DNA of 64,000 bases from Elusimicrobia bacterium GWA2_69_24 (GCA_001799695.1 MGTY01000130.1:52504-116503); one strand, 5' to 3'; shown: positions 26,156 to 36,566, counted from the stretch's first letter. Numbers and translations: made by a program. Notes: generated by a model not told the origin, from the letters alone.

Positions 26156-27010
26156 ATGGAGCCCGAGCCCATGGACGAGGCGGAGTTGCGCCGCTACCGC
26201 CTGCACCGCCGCTTCGACCGCATGGGGCGTCTGGTGGGCGACGACGCCATGGAGAAGCTGCTGCGCTCCCACGTGGCGGTGCTGGGGCTCGGGGGCGTGG
26301 GCTCCTGGACTGCCGAGGCCCTGGCGCGCGCGGGGGTCGGCCGGCTGACCCTGATGGATTTCGACGACATCTGCGTCACCAACGCCAACCGGCAGCTCCA
26401 CGCCCTGGCGGACACGGCCGGACGCAAGAAGGCCGCGGTGATGGGGGAGCGCCTGCGCGGGGTGAACCCCGAAGCCGAGGTCCGGGTCCTGGAGCGCTTC
26501 TACGACGCGGAGTCCTCCGCCGAGATATTCTCCCTCGCCCCTGATTTCGTGGTGGACGCGATCGACAGCATCGGGGCCAAATGCCATCTCCTGGCCGCCT
26601 GCCGGGAGCGCGGCGTCCCGGTGGTCGCCGCCACCGGCTCGGGCGGGCGCCTGGACCCGTCTTCGGTCCGCATCTCCGACCTGTCGGAGACCGCGGCCGA
26701 TCCCCTGGCCCGCGACCTGCGCCGCATCCTGCGGGAGAAGCACGGCTTCCCGGAGGCGGAGGGCGCGCCCTTCGGCATCCCGGCCGTCTGGTCCCCCGAA
26801 CCGCCCCGGCCGCCCGTCGAACTCCACTACGACGGGGGCAAGGGCTTCCGCTGCGTCTGCCCGGGCAAGGAGGACTCCCCCTTCACCTGCGACTCCCGGC
26901 GGCGGATCTACGGCAGCGCCGGCTTCGTCACGGGCGCGTTCGGACTGGCCTGCGCCTCCGTGGCGGTGCGCCGCCTTCTGGGGGAATGGCCGTCTTCGCC
27001 TCTGGTATAA
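26156..27010 (+). CDS. tcdA: tRNA threonylcarbamoyladenosine dehydratase (TcdA/CsdL, ThiF/E1-like)
   Basis: VAVLGLGGVGSWTAEALARAGVGRLTLMDFDDICVTNANRQLHAL...VDAIDSIGAKCHLLAACRERGVPVVAATGSGGRLDP aligns by eye along its length with E. coli TcdA. Only the 3' part of track ORF 24740..27010 is real. Confidence 0.85.
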   Translation: MEPEPMDEAELRRYRLHRRFDRMGRLVGDDAMEKLLRSHVAVLGLGGVGSWTAEALARAGVGRLTLMDFDDICVTNANRQLHALADTAGRKKAAVMGERLRGVNPEAEVRVLERFYDAESSAEIFSLAPDFVVDAIDSIGAKCHLLAACRERGVPVVAATGSGGRLDPSSVRISDLSETAADPLARDLRRILREKHGFPEAEGAPFGIPAVWSPEPPRPPVELHYDGGKGFRCVCPGKEDSPFTCDSRRRIYGSAGFVTGAFGLACASVAVRRLLGEWPSSPLV

Positions 27011-27252
27011 TGAAAGGAATGAAGATCAAGGTGAAGGTGATGGGGACCCTGATCCGCCCCTTCGGCGCGGACGAGTTCGACTACGACTGTCCCCCGGCCG
27101 CCACGGTGCGCCAGCTCCTGGGTGCCTTGAAGTACGAGCCCCGCCACATCCCTCACATCATGGCCTGCGTGAACGGCGAACTGCGCCACCAGGACCACGC
27201 CCTGAAAGCCGGGGACTCCGTCGTGCTGTCGGTGACCGTCGGCGGCGGCTAG
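27010..27252 (+). CDS. ThiS/MoaD-family ubiquitin-like small protein ending in GG
   Basis: 80 aa, MKGMKIKVKVMGTLIRPFG...VNGELRHQDHALKAGDSVVLSVTVGGG-stop. The ATG overlaps the tcdA TAA (TAATG). Confidence 0.7.
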   Translation: MKGMKIKVKVMGTLIRPFGADEFDYDCPPAATVRQLLGALKYEPRHIPHIMACVNGELRHQDHALKAGDSVVLSVTVGGG

Positions 27253-27356
27253 TGTAGTGTCCCCAACGCTTCTTTACATTTGAAAAGCCGTCATGCCGGC
27301 GCCAGCCGGCAGCCAGCGTGTGGAACGGATTCAACATTCCTGTTCTGGTGCCTGGA

Positions 27357-27374
27357 CCCCGGCTTTCGCCGGGG
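27357..27374. repeat. Short GC hairpin CCCCGGC-TTTC-GCCGGGG
   Basis: Sits in a lower-GC 237-bp intergenic region. It translates as the LDPGFRRGDE-type pseudo-peptide that I associate, from memory, with dispersed intergenic repeats in environmental bacteria. Confidence 0.4.
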
Positions 27375-27453
27375 TGACGAATGCAATCGGACTTATAACT
27401 CACTACACTGGGGGTTGCTGGCTCGTCCATCTTATCCAGCGACGGCCCCCCCG

Positions 27454-27473
27454 GACTGTGCCCGGGCACAGTC
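27454..27473. repeat. Perfect 20-bp palindrome GACTGTGCCCGGGCACAGTC, possible terminator or protein-binding site
   Basis: Exact self-complement, 17 nt downstream of the minus-strand stop at 27490. No T-tract follows. Confidence 0.6.
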
Positions 27474-27489
27474 GCCCAGGAGGTTCGGG

Positions 27490-27963
27490 CTAGTGCTCTG
27501 CCGCGGCCGGCGGTGCGACTCGATAGAGCAGACCCGTCCGGGAGCGGACGAATCCCCCCAGGGCCCAGGCGTAGCCGGGAGTACCTTTTTTCACCGGCGC
27601 CTCATCCATCCCCACCCCCGGGCGCCCGTCCAGGACGGCCGGGGTCTCGGTCATGAGGGGCAACGCCGGCTGGCGCTGGGCCTCGTCGAGCGCGGCTTGC
27701 ACCTGGCGGGCGATTTCAGGCTCGCTCGAGCGCAGGAGCACGGCGTTGCCCTGGGCGTCGAAACCGACATCGGCGACGTGGACCCCCGGAGCGTTCCCGA
27801 GGGCCGCGCCGTCCGCTTCGACATACAGAACCAGAGTCTCTTCCGTCGCCGCGGGCGCAGGCCCCTCCTCGGGATCGGGCTTCCGGACGCCCCATAGGAC
27901 GGCGAACGTCACCAGGATCAGGGCCCCGGCGCTCAAGAACATCAGCTTGCGGCTAGACCCCAT
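27490..27963 (-). CDS. Hypothetical N-terminally anchored protein
   Basis: MGSSRKLMFLSAGALILVTFAVLWG (TM) followed by a soluble domain. Start moved to the ATG at 27963. Overlaps the upstream gene end by 11 nt. Confidence 0.55.
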   Translation of the reverse strand: MGSSRKLMFLSAGALILVTFAVLWGVRKPDPEEGPAPAATEETLVLYVEADGAALGNAPGVHVADVGFDAQGNAVLLRSSEPEIARQVQAALDEAQRQPALPLMTETPAVLDGRPGVGMDEAPVKKGTPGYAWALGGFVRSRTGLLYRVAPPAAAEH

Positions 27964-29152
27964 CGGCGGATCCCCCCCCGGCGCGCTGCCGGCGCAGGTG
28001 CAGCGTCGCGGCCTCTCCCGCCTCGAAGGCGGACCGCTCCACCGACTGCGCGCGATACGCGGCGTAATCGCAGCGCTTCTCGCAGTATTCACAGCAGTAC
28101 CGCTCCAGCTCGGCGCCCCACTCCTCGGCGAGCCCATGCTCCTCGCTGCCGGGCTGGAGCCTGCCGGCGCGCAGCTTGGCCACCAGTTCCCGCTGATAAT
28201 GATGCGTCGCCTCGTGGGTCAGGAGGCCGAGCGCCTCATCCGGGTTCTGGAAGGCCCGCTTGCTGGGATCCACCCATATCTGGTCCCCGGTGTAGAGACC
28301 CAGCCGTTTGGGCTCCAGGCCCCGGTATCCGACCTGGGCGACGCTGGTCCCGAAGACGGCGGCGTGGATCTGCGCGGCGCGGCGCAGGACCTCGAGGCGC
28401 TCCTCCCGGGTCCGGCGCGGCCAGTCCGCGTAGCCCCGGCGGATGAGCTCGTCCTGGAGCAGGGCTGCGCGGTAGGCGCGGTTCTTCCCCGCGAAGGAGC
28501 GGGGGTCCCCACCGACCTCGTAGGTCTTGCCGTCGAGACCGCGTACCCGCTGAGGTTCAGCGCGCGGGAGCGGCGCGGGCGGGGGGACTTCGGGGACCGG
28601 GGGGACCTCTTCCCCGTCATCGTCCCCCTCCCCTTCCGGCGCCTCGGCCTTGAAGGAGCCCGCGGGCGTCTGCGTCGCCCGCGGCGGTCCGGAGCCGGGA
28701 TCCCCCCTGCGCGCCGCGTCGCCGCCGCCGCGGAGAGCGGGGATGACCCGCACCTTCTTCTCCTTGCCCCAACAGACGAACTTATGGGCCTTGGAATAGC
28801 CCTGGGGAGAACAGAAACCCAGCGCCACGGTGACCGTGGCGGGGCGGACGAAATCCGGAGCGGCCAGGGATGTCGCCGCGGCCCGCGACCCGCAGGGGAA
28901 GGGTCCCGTCCGCTCCTTGCGCAGGAGGAGGCTGACCCGACAGGTCCACTCCCCCGGGGCGAACGGACGGACCTCCACCCGGATATCTTCCCGCGCCCGG
29001 ACCGTCTCCGGCGACACGCTCCAAGCCACCTCGGGGAGCTTGTCCTTGAAGTAGTCCTTGACCGCGTTCGCGCCGAGCGCTCCGGGCGGCGCGCCCGCCG
29101 CCGCGGCCGCCGCGCACAGGAGCAGACGGACGAGCGGGAGACGACTCCTCAT
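27953..29152 (-). CDS. Secreted protein with an HExxH zincin-like motif
   Basis: Signal peptide MRSRLPLVRLLLCAAAAAAGAPPGALG. Acidic/Pro-rich linker. C-terminal LGLLTHEATHHYQRELV (HExxHxxQ, reminiscent of DUF4157-type metallopeptidase folds). Start moved to the ATG at 29152. Confidence 0.6.
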   Translation of the reverse strand: MRSRLPLVRLLLCAAAAAAGAPPGALGANAVKDYFKDKLPEVAWSVSPETVRAREDIRVEVRPFAPGEWTCRVSLLLRKERTGPFPCGSRAAATSLAAPDFVRPATVTVALGFCSPQGYSKAHKFVCWGKEKKVRVIPALRGGGDAARRGDPGSGPPRATQTPAGSFKAEAPEGEGDDDGEEVPPVPEVPPPAPLPRAEPQRVRGLDGKTYEVGGDPRSFAGKNRAYRAALLQDELIRRGYADWPRRTREERLEVLRRAAQIHAAVFGTSVAQVGYRGLEPKRLGLYTGDQIWVDPSKRAFQNPDEALGLLTHEATHHYQRELVAKLRAGRLQPGSEEHGLAEEWGAELERYCCEYCEKRCDYAAYRAQSVERSAFEAGEAATLHLRRQRAGGGSADGV

Positions 29153-29153
29153 C

Positions 29154-30182
29154 TCAGAGCGCCTTGAGCTCGGTCCAGAGGCGGTCATAGACCGCTCCCG
29201 CCTCGCCGGCATCCGGGATCCATTCCAGCGAGTCGAGGGTCTTGCCCTGCGGGACGATGCCGGGGTTCTTCCGCAGGGTCTCGGGCAGGAGTTCCCAGGC
29301 GGTACGGTTGGGACAGCCGAAATAGGTCTTCTCTACGATGCGGGCGATGTTCCGGGGCTCCAGCATGAAATCGATGAGCTTGAGCGCCGCCTCCGGGTCC
29401 GGCGCGGTGCGCGGGACGCAGAGGTTGTCCTGGAAGATGAAGCCCCCCTCCTTGGGGATGACGAAGCGCAAGGACGGCTTCTGGGCCGCCGCGCGGAACA
29501 GGTCCCCGCTCCAGAGATGCGCGACGTCCACTTCCCCGGAAAGGAGCAAGGCCGAGATGTTCTCGCTCACGTAGGTCTTGGTGAGACGCTTCTGCTCCGC
29601 CAGCCGCGCCTTCACCTTCTCCAGGACGGCGGGGTCGGTGTTCCCGGCCTTGTACCCCATGGACTGCAGGCCCATGGCGAAGACCTCGCGCGGATCGTTG
29701 AGCAGGCTGATGCGGCCCGCACGCGCCGGGTCCCAGAACACCGACCACCCGGTGGGCGGCGCGGAGAGCCGGTCCGAGTCGTAGCCGATACCCGTGATCC
29801 CCCACAGGTAGGGCACGCAGTACCGGTTGCCGGGGTCATAGCTCAGGTCTCGGAAGCGGGGGTCGATGTGGGAGAGGTTCGGGGTCTTGGCCTTGTCCAG
29901 CGCGGTCAGCAGTCCCTGCCGCGCCATGACCGGAACCATGTAGTCCGAAGGCACGATCACGTCGTAGCCCCGGGCTCCTCCCATCAGCTTGGCCAGCAGC
30001 TCCTCGTTGGAAGCGAAGCGGTCCACCACCACGCGGATGCCGGTGCCGGCCTCGAACTCCGCGAAGACCGCCGGGTCGTCGTAGTTGTCCCAGGTGAAGA
30101 GATGCACTTCGCGCGCCGCTTTGGAGGAACATCCCGCCGTCAGCGCCAGGGCGCAGACCAGGGCCGCCTTTCTAATGGACAT
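29154..30182 (-). CDS. potD: Spermidine/putrescine ABC transporter substrate-binding protein
   Basis: Lipoprotein signal ALVCALALTAGC. PotD/PotF-type sequence HLFTWDNYDDPAVFAEFEAGTGIRVVVDRFASNEELLAKL. Last gene of the potABCD operon. Confidence 0.9.
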   Translation of the reverse strand: MSIRKAALVCALALTAGCSSKAAREVHLFTWDNYDDPAVFAEFEAGTGIRVVVDRFASNEELLAKLMGGARGYDVIVPSDYMVPVMARQGLLTALDKAKTPNLSHIDPRFRDLSYDPGNRYCVPYLWGITGIGYDSDRLSAPPTGWSVFWDPARAGRISLLNDPREVFAMGLQSMGYKAGNTDPAVLEKVKARLAEQKRLTKTYVSENISALLLSGEVDVAHLWSGDLFRAAAQKPSLRFVIPKEGGFIFQDNLCVPRTAPDPEAALKLIDFMLEPRNIARIVEKTYFGCPNRTAWELLPETLRKNPGIVPQGKTLDSLEWIPDAGEAGAVYDRLWTELKAL

Positions 30183-30954
30183 AACCCTCCTTCCGGTCCT
30201 GCAGGAAATGCGCCGCGCCCACCAGGACCATGGAGGCGACGAACAGCACCGCGGAGAGCGCGTTGACCTCCGGGCTGATGGAGAACTTCAGCATCGAGTA
30301 GATCTGGATGGGCAGGGTGGTCGAGTTCGGGCCCGCCACGAAGAAGCTGATCACGAAATCGTCGATCGAGATGGCGAAGGCCGTGAGCGCCCCGCCCACG
30401 ATCGCGGGAGAGAGCAGGGGGAAGGTGACCCGCCAGAACGCCGTCCAGGGCGTGGCCCCCAGGTCCAGGGCGGCCTCCTCCAGGCGCGGGTCCAGCTTCT
30501 TGAGGCGGGCGCGCACGATGAGCCAGACGATGGGGAGGTTGAGCGTGGTGTGCCCCAGGAGCAGCGTGCCCAGCCCGAAGGGGAAGCCGAAGACCCCGAA
30601 GAGGAGCAGGAACCCGATCGCCATCATGAGCTCGGGGACCACGATGGGGATGAAGAAGAACCCCTCCCAGAGCTCCGGCCGCGCCCAGCGGAAGCGCTCG
30701 ACCGCGAGCGCGGCCATGGTCCCCAGGACCGTGGCGAGGGCGCTGGAGACCACCCCGATGAGGAGGCTGTTCCAGGCGGCGCGGAGGATGTTCTGGTTGT
30801 GGGCCAACCGGGCGTACCACTCCCAGGTGAAGCCCCCCCACCGCGCCCCGTACTGGGACGCGTTGAAGGAGAAGACGAGGACCACCAGGATCGGCATATA
30901 GAGGAAGAGCAGCGTGGCCCACCCAGCCGCAGCCAGCATCCTCCCGCTCTTCAC
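30172..30954 (-). CDS. potC: Spermidine/putrescine ABC transporter permease PotC
   Basis: From the GTG start the N-terminus (V)KSGRMLAAAGWATLLFLYMPILVVLVFSFN has the same length to the SFN motif as E. coli PotC. EAALDLGATPWTAFWRVTFPLL permease motif. GTGA overlap with the potB stop. Alternative ATG at 30939. Confidence 0.85.
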   Translation of the reverse strand: MKSGRMLAAAGWATLLFLYMPILVVLVFSFNASQYGARWGGFTWEWYARLAHNQNILRAAWNSLLIGVVSSALATVLGTMAALAVERFRWARPELWEGFFFIPIVVPELMMAIGFLLLFGVFGFPFGLGTLLLGHTTLNLPIVWLIVRARLKKLDPRLEEAALDLGATPWTAFWRVTFPLLSPAIVGGALTAFAISIDDFVISFFVAGPNSTTLPIQIYSMLKFSISPEVNALSAVLFVASMVLVGAAHFLQDRKEGYVH

Positions 30955-31781
30955 GCCGCCTTCTCCAGCCTGCGGAAGAGCAGGAGCCCGCCGCCGATGA
31001 CCAGCATCTGCGTCAACGACAGCGCCGAACCGAAAGGCCAGTCCCGGGCCACCAGGTACTGCTGCTGGATGAGGTTGCCCACCAGCATGTTCTTGGCCCC
31101 CCCGAGCAGGTCGGGAGTGGCGAAATCGCACAGCGCCGAAGTGAACACCAGGATGCAGCCCGCGGCCAATCCCGGCTTGGCCAGCGGCAGGATCACCCGG
31201 AACAGGGTCTGGGCCGGCGAGGCGTAGAGGTCCCGCGCCGCCTCCAGCAGGCTCTTGTCGATCCTCTCCAGGGAAGCGTAGAGCGGCAGGATCATGAGCG
31301 GCAGGTTCCCGTAGAGGAGCCCCAGCAGGATCGCGCCGCGGGTGTAGAGGATGTCGACGGGACCCCGGGTCAGGCCCAGCGCCTGCAGGGCCGAGTTCAG
31401 CAGACCCGCGCCGCTGAGCAGGAACATCCACGCGTAGAGGCGCACGAGGATGTTCGTCCAGAAGGGGATGAGGACCAGCAGGAGCAAGGTCTCCTGGGAG
31501 CGCTTGGGGCTGCGCGCCATCCACCAGCTCACGGGGAAAGCCAGCAGGGCGCAAGCCGCGGTCGCCGCCGTCGAAAGGACGATGGAGCGGAAGAAGACGG
31601 CCCCGTAGAGGGAGTCGAAGATGCGGCCGTAGTTCCCCCAGTTCGGGGTCCAGGACACCCCCCCGTAGGCGCCCCGCGAGACGAAGGACACCGCCAGGAT
31701 GAGCAGGAGGGGAACGACGTAGAAGACGCCGATCCAGGCCAGGGGCGGCGCCAGGAGCCGCACGCGCGCTGGGACCCTCAT
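30951..31781 (-). CDS. potB: Spermidine/putrescine ABC transporter permease PotB
   Basis: EAARDLYASPAQTLFRVILPLAKPGL permease motif. The ATG at 31781 overlaps the potA TGA (ATGA). Confidence 0.85.
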   Translation of the reverse strand: MRVPARVRLLAPPLAWIGVFYVVPLLLILAVSFVSRGAYGGVSWTPNWGNYGRIFDSLYGAVFFRSIVLSTAATAACALLAFPVSWWMARSPKRSQETLLLLVLIPFWTNILVRLYAWMFLLSGAGLLNSALQALGLTRGPVDILYTRGAILLGLLYGNLPLMILPLYASLERIDKSLLEAARDLYASPAQTLFRVILPLAKPGLAAGCILVFTSALCDFATPDLLGGAKNMLVGNLIQQQYLVARDWPFGSALSLTQMLVIGGGLLLFRRLEKAA

Positions 31782-32893
31782 CGCGTCAGCACGGTCGAGT
31801 CCTCGGCGCGCCACTGCAGGTACACCGACTCCCCTTCGCGCCGGGCCGGCTGGAGGGGAGAATAACTGTCGTGCACCCGCACCAGGGTCCCGCTCTTGAG
31901 CCGGATGTGATAGTGGATCTCGCTGCCCAGGAAGAGAGCCCGCTCCACCATGCCCAGGACGCGGTTGACCAGGTCCTCCACGGGGCTCGCGGCCAGGTGG
32001 ATCCGCTCGGGCCGCAGGCAGAGGGTCACCCGGGCGCCGGTCTCCATCGCAGAGCGGGACACCGCTTCGACGCGGCCGAAGCCGTCCAGCGCCAGCACCA
32101 CGCGCCGGGACGCGCCCGGGGCGGACTCCACCAGCAGCCGCTCCCGCTCCACGACCTTCCCGGGGATCAGGTTGGAGACGCCGACGAAGTCCGCCACGAA
32201 GGCGGTCTGGGGGACCTCATAGATCTCCTGGGGCGCTCCCACCTGCACCACCTTCCCGCGCTCCATGACCGCGATCCGGTCCGCCAGCTCCAGCGCCTCC
32301 TGTTGGTCGTGCGTGACGTAGAGAAAGCTGATGCCGACCCGGTGCTGCAGGGTCTTGAGCTCCTGGCGCATGTCCTCCCGGAGCTTCTCGTCCAGGGCGG
32401 CCATCGGTTCGTCGAGCAGGAGCAGCTCCGGCCGGTTGACCAGGGCCCGGGCCAGGGCCACCCGCTGCTGCTGGCCTCCCGAGAGCTGGGCCGGCATGCG
32501 CCCCGCCAATCCCGCCAGCTGGACGGAGGCGAGCGCCTCGGCCACGCGCTCGCGGAGCTCGGGCTCCGGGGTCCGGCGCACCCGCAGGCCGAACGCCACG
32601 TTCTCCGCGACGCTCAGGTGGGGGAACAGCGCGTACTGCTGGAACACCATGTTGACCGGCCGCTCGTTGGCGGGCACGCCGGTCATGTCGCGGCCGCCGA
32701 TGCGGATGGAGCCGCGGTCGGGCATCTCGAAGCCCGCGACCATGCGCAGGAGCGTCGTCTTGCCGCAGCCGCTCGGCCCCAGGAGCGCGAAGAACTCCCC
32801 GCGGCGGATCTCGAGGTCGACGCCCTCCACGGCCTGGACGCCGTGGAACAGCTTTCCGACGCCCTCCATCCGGACGGTGGCCTGTTCTGACAT
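31778..32893 (-). CDS. potA: Spermidine/putrescine ABC transporter ATPase PotA
   Basis: Walker [10 protein letters not shown], signature [15 protein letters not shown], Walker B LLLLDEP, C-terminal TOBE-like domain. Confidence 0.9.
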   Translation of the reverse strand: MSEQATVRMEGVGKLFHGVQAVEGVDLEIRRGEFFALLGPSGCGKTTLLRMVAGFEMPDRGSIRIGGRDMTGVPANERPVNMVFQQYALFPHLSVAENVAFGLRVRRTPEPELRERVAEALASVQLAGLAGRMPAQLSGGQQQRVALARALVNRPELLLLDEPMAALDEKLREDMRQELKTLQHRVGISFLYVTHDQQEALELADRIAVMERGKVVQVGAPQEIYEVPQTAFVADFVGVSNLIPGKVVERERLLVESAPGASRRVVLALDGFGRVEAVSRSAMETGARVTLCLRPERIHLAASPVEDLVNRVLGMVERALFLGSEIHYHIRLKSGTLVRVHDSYSPLQPARREGESVYLQWRAEDSTVLTR

Positions 32894-32958
32894 CGTGCGA
32901 TGGGATTTTACCCTTTTTGTATACTCTCGGGACCGTTGGAATCGATATCGGGGGCATC

Positions 32959-34884
32959 ATGAGCGAAGAGCACAAGCACACCGTCGAAGAGGAGTCCGAG
33001 GGCTTCCCGGACCTCGAGGCGTTCCAGGCCAGCGACCGCTCCGCGGGCGACCGGAAGAAGACCCCCGAGCAGCTGGACCGCGAATGGCTGCGGGACGTGT
33101 ACCAGGGCGACGCCCCCCAGCTCACCGTCCGCGCCGTGGTCATGGGCGCCCTGCTCGGCGGCTTCATGTCCCTGTCCAACCTCTACGTGGGCCTCAAGAC
33201 CGGCTGGGGCCTCGGCGTCGCCATCACCGCCTGCATCCTGGCCTTCGCCATCACCAAGGTCCTGCGCCTGGTGGGGATCTTCAAGACCGACATGACCATC
33301 CTCGAGAACAACGTCATGCAGACCACCGCCTCCTCCGCCGGCTACTCGACGGGCGGCACGATGGTCTCGGCCATATCCGCCTACCTGCTCATCACGGGCT
33401 CGCACATGTCCTGGCAGGTCCTGGGGGTCTGGACCCTCTTTTTGGCCCTGCTCGGGGTGATGATGGCCATCCCCATGAAGCGGCAGATGATCAACGCCGA
33501 GCAGCTGCGCTTCCCCAGCGGCGTCGCCTGCGCGGAAACGCTCAAGAGCCTCCACGCCGAGGGCGAAGCGGGGCTGCGCAAGGCCAAGGCGCTCGCCTAT
33601 GCCGGCGGCTTCGGAGCCGCCGTGGCCTGGTGCCGCGACGCAGGCATCCCGAAATTCCTGCAGATCCCGGCCCACCTGCCGTTCGGGAACCTCACGCTCG
33701 GCGGCTTCGCCCTGACCAAGTGGACCATACAGCTCGACATGAGCGCCATCATGATCGCAGCCGGAGCCATCATGGGCTGGAAGGTCTGCTGGTCGCTGCT
33801 CCTGGGCGCCTGCATCAACTACGGCATCCTGGCCCCCTGGGCTGTCAAGATCGGGGCCATCCCGATCGCCGCGGACGGGGCGGACCTGGGCTACCGGGCC
33901 ATCGTGCGCTGGAGCACCTGGGCCGGAGCCGCCATCATGGTCTCCTCCGCGCTCTTCTCATTCGCCCTGCAATGGCGTTCCATCCTGACGGTCTTCAGCG
34001 GATTCGCCGCCACCCTGGGCCTGGGGGCGAAGAAGACCGGCGCCGACCCCATGGAGGCCATCGAAGTCCCCACGAAATGGTTCCTCTGGGGGACGCTGGT
34101 CTCGGGACTCGGATGCATGGCGGTCCTCTATTTCGCCTTCGGCACGAGCTGGTGGATGAGCATCGTAGCCATCCTCATGACCTTTTTCCTCGCCGTGGTC
34201 GCCTGCCGGGTCACCGGCGAGACGGACACGACCCCCATCGGGGCCATGGGGAAGATCACCCAGCTCCTCTTCGGCGTGCTCGCTCCCGGCAACCACGTGA
34301 CGAACCTCATGACCGCGGGCGTGACCGCCGGCGCCGCCGGCTCCTCGGCGGACCTGCTGACCGGGCTCAAGACCGGCTATCTGCTGGGCGCCAACCCCCG
34401 CAAGCAGTTCCTCGCGCAGTTCTTCGGCATCTTCGCCGGGACCTTGATCGTGGTGCCGGCGTTCTACATCCTGGTCCCCGATGCCGGCGCGCTGGGCTCG
34501 GCGCAATGGCCGGCGCCTTCGGCGCAGGTCTGGGCCGCGGTCGCCCGCCTGCTCTCGGAGGGATTTACGGCTTTGCACCCGACGGCCCGCTGGGGCCTCT
34601 TCGTTGGCCTGGGCGTGGGCCTGGTCATACCTCTGCTCGAACTCGCCTTCCCGAAAGCCCGGCCCTACATCCCATCGGCCACGGGCATCGGATTGGCCAT
34701 GGTCATCCCGTTCTTCAATTCCTTTTCCATGTTCCTGGGAGCGCTCATCACGCTGTACCTGGAGAAGAAGCACGCCCAGCTCGCCGACACCTACATCGTC
34801 ACCACGGCCTCCGGCATCATCGCCGGGGAATCCCTGCTGGGGGTGTTCGTCGCCCTCCTGGCGGCGACCGGCGTGATAGGCTGA
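32959..34884 (+). CDS. OPT-family oligopeptide transporter
   Basis: [42 protein letters not shown] and [18 protein letters not shown] are typical of the OPT superfamily. Start moved to the ATG at 32959. Confidence 0.9.
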   Translation: MSEEHKHTVEEESEGFPDLEAFQASDRSAGDRKKTPEQLDREWLRDVYQGDAPQLTVRAVVMGALLGGFMSLSNLYVGLKTGWGLGVAITACILAFAITKVLRLVGIFKTDMTILENNVMQTTASSAGYSTGGTMVSAISAYLLITGSHMSWQVLGVWTLFLALLGVMMAIPMKRQMINAEQLRFPSGVACAETLKSLHAEGEAGLRKAKALAYAGGFGAAVAWCRDAGIPKFLQIPAHLPFGNLTLGGFALTKWTIQLDMSAIMIAAGAIMGWKVCWSLLLGACINYGILAPWAVKIGAIPIAADGADLGYRAIVRWSTWAGAAIMVSSALFSFALQWRSILTVFSGFAATLGLGAKKTGADPMEAIEVPTKWFLWGTLVSGLGCMAVLYFAFGTSWWMSIVAILMTFFLAVVACRVTGETDTTPIGAMGKITQLLFGVLAPGNHVTNLMTAGVTAGAAGSSADLLTGLKTGYLLGANPRKQFLAQFFGIFAGTLIVVPAFYILVPDAGALGSAQWPAPSAQVWAAVARLLSEGFTALHPTARWGLFVGLGVGLVIPLLELAFPKARPYIPSATGIGLAMVIPFFNSFSMFLGALITLYLEKKHAQLADTYIVTTASGIIAGESLLGVFVALLAATGVIG

Positions 34885-34891
34885 GGAACCC

Positions 34892-36559
34892 ATGGCCAAC
34901 ATCCTGGTAGTCGACGACGATCCGGCCTTCGCGGCGATGCTCAAGGAGTGGCTCGTCTCCTGGGGCCACTCCGTATCCACGGCCGGCAGCGTCGACACCT
35001 TCGTCAGCGCGGCGACCCTGCAGGCTCCCGCCCTCATCCTCATGGACATGCAGTTCCCCGGCGGCGGAGCCCCCGCGGCCGTCGAGAGGATCAAGTCGAA
35101 CGCCGCGCTGAACGCTCTCCCGATCATCTTCATCTCCTCGATGCCCCTGGCCCAGATCAAGCGCTGGTTCCCCGACGCGCCGCATCGCCGGCATCACTCC
35201 AAGCCGCCGGATTTCAACGCCCTGGCCAAGCACCTCGAGGAACTCCTGCCCGGCTCGACCTCGGCCCAGTCCGCGGCCCAGCTCCACCCCGCGGCCGCGG
35301 TCCAGTCCTCTTTGTCGAAGCTGTTCGAGCCGGAGATCGCCAAGACCCGCGGCGAGAAGGAGACCTCCGACGCCAAACTGGCCGCGGCGGGACGCCTGGT
35401 GGACCTGCTCATGGCGGACGCGATCAAGGCCGGGGCGAGCGACATCCACATCGACCCCGCGCCCGACACGGTGTACATCCGCTACCGCATCGACGGGATC
35501 CTCCTGGACCAGCTCACCTACCCCAAGGACCTGCCCCTGCTCGCGCGCGTGCGCTCCCAGGGCGGCCTGGCCCCCGTGGGCGCCTCCAACCCGGTCCCTG
35601 AGGAAGGGAGCTTCGACGTCTCTTCGGGCATACGCGCCCGCCTCGCCGTGTACCCTTCCGCCTACGGCGACAAGATCACCCTGCGGCTCCTGAACCGGAA
35701 CACGGGGCTGCTGAACCTGGATTCGCTGGGCTTCCTGCCCGACGATCTGAAATCGCTGCGCAAGCTCATCCATCGCCCCTACGGGATGTTCCTGGTCTCG
35801 GGGGCGACCGGCAGCGGCAAGACCACCACGCTCTGCAGCATCCTTCTGGACCAGGAGATCGGCAAGATCAACATCATGACCCTGGAAGACCCGATCGAAT
35901 ACCAGCTGCCCCGGGTCACCCACACCCAGATCTGCCCCAAGGTGGGGCTGACCTTCACCGAAGGGCTGCGCTCCATGCTGCGTCAGGACCCCAACGTCAT
36001 CATGGTGGGGGAGATCCGCGATCCCCAGACCGCCGAGATCGCGCTCCAGGCCGCCATGACGGGCCACATGATCTTCTCCTCGGTCCACGCGACCAACTCC
36101 AGCGGCGTCGTCGCCCGGCTCATCGGCATGGGCGTCGAGCCGTACATGATCAGCTCCTTCCTGCTGGGAGCCCTCTCCCAGCGGCTCATCCGGAAGGTGT
36201 GCACGCAGTGCGCCCAGCCGTCGGCCCCGGACGCCGCCCGGATCGAGAAGACGGTGACCTCCGCGGACCCTCGCCAGCGGCAGGCGCTGCAGGCGCTCTT
36301 CGCGGCGAAGGGCGGGAAATTCACGGTCGGGAAGGGCTGCCCGGCCTGCGGCGGCACGGGCTACAAGGGCCGGGTCGGGATCTACGAACTGCTGGCCATC
36401 AGCCCCGCCATCTCCGAGCTCATCCACAAGAAGGCCACCGCGGCCGAGATCCACGAGGCGGCCATCCAGGCCGGGATGCGGACCTTCCTCATGGACGCGG
36501 CCTACAAGGCCTGGGCCGGCTGGACCACCCTGGAGGAAGCCCTCCGGGTGACCGGATAA
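34892..36559 (+). CDS. GspE/PilB-family secretion ATPase with an N-terminal response-regulator receiver domain
   Basis: REC: [13 protein letters not shown]...[10 protein letters not shown]...HHSKP. ATPase: [23 protein letters not shown], Walker [22 protein letters not shown]-terminal [23 protein letters not shown] Shine-Dalgarno upstream. Confidence 0.9.
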   Translation: MANILVVDDDPAFAAMLKEWLVSWGHSVSTAGSVDTFVSAATLQAPALILMDMQFPGGGAPAAVERIKSNAALNALPIIFISSMPLAQIKRWFPDAPHRRHHSKPPDFNALAKHLEELLPGSTSAQSAAQLHPAAAVQSSLSKLFEPEIAKTRGEKETSDAKLAAAGRLVDLLMADAIKAGASDIHIDPAPDTVYIRYRIDGILLDQLTYPKDLPLLARVRSQGGLAPVGASNPVPEEGSFDVSSGIRARLAVYPSAYGDKITLRLLNRNTGLLNLDSLGFLPDDLKSLRKLIHRPYGMFLVSGATGSGKTTTLCSILLDQEIGKINIMTLEDPIEYQLPRVTHTQICPKVGLTFTEGLRSMLRQDPNVIMVGEIRDPQTAEIALQAAMTGHMIFSSVHATNSSGVVARLIGMGVEPYMISSFLLGALSQRLIRKVCTQCAQPSAPDAARIEKTVTSADPRQRQALQALFAAKGGKFTVGKGCPACGGTGYKGRVGIYELLAISPAISELIHKKATAAEIHEAAIQAGMRTFLMDAAYKAWAGWTTLEEALRVTG

Positions 36560-36566
36560 GGGCGGA

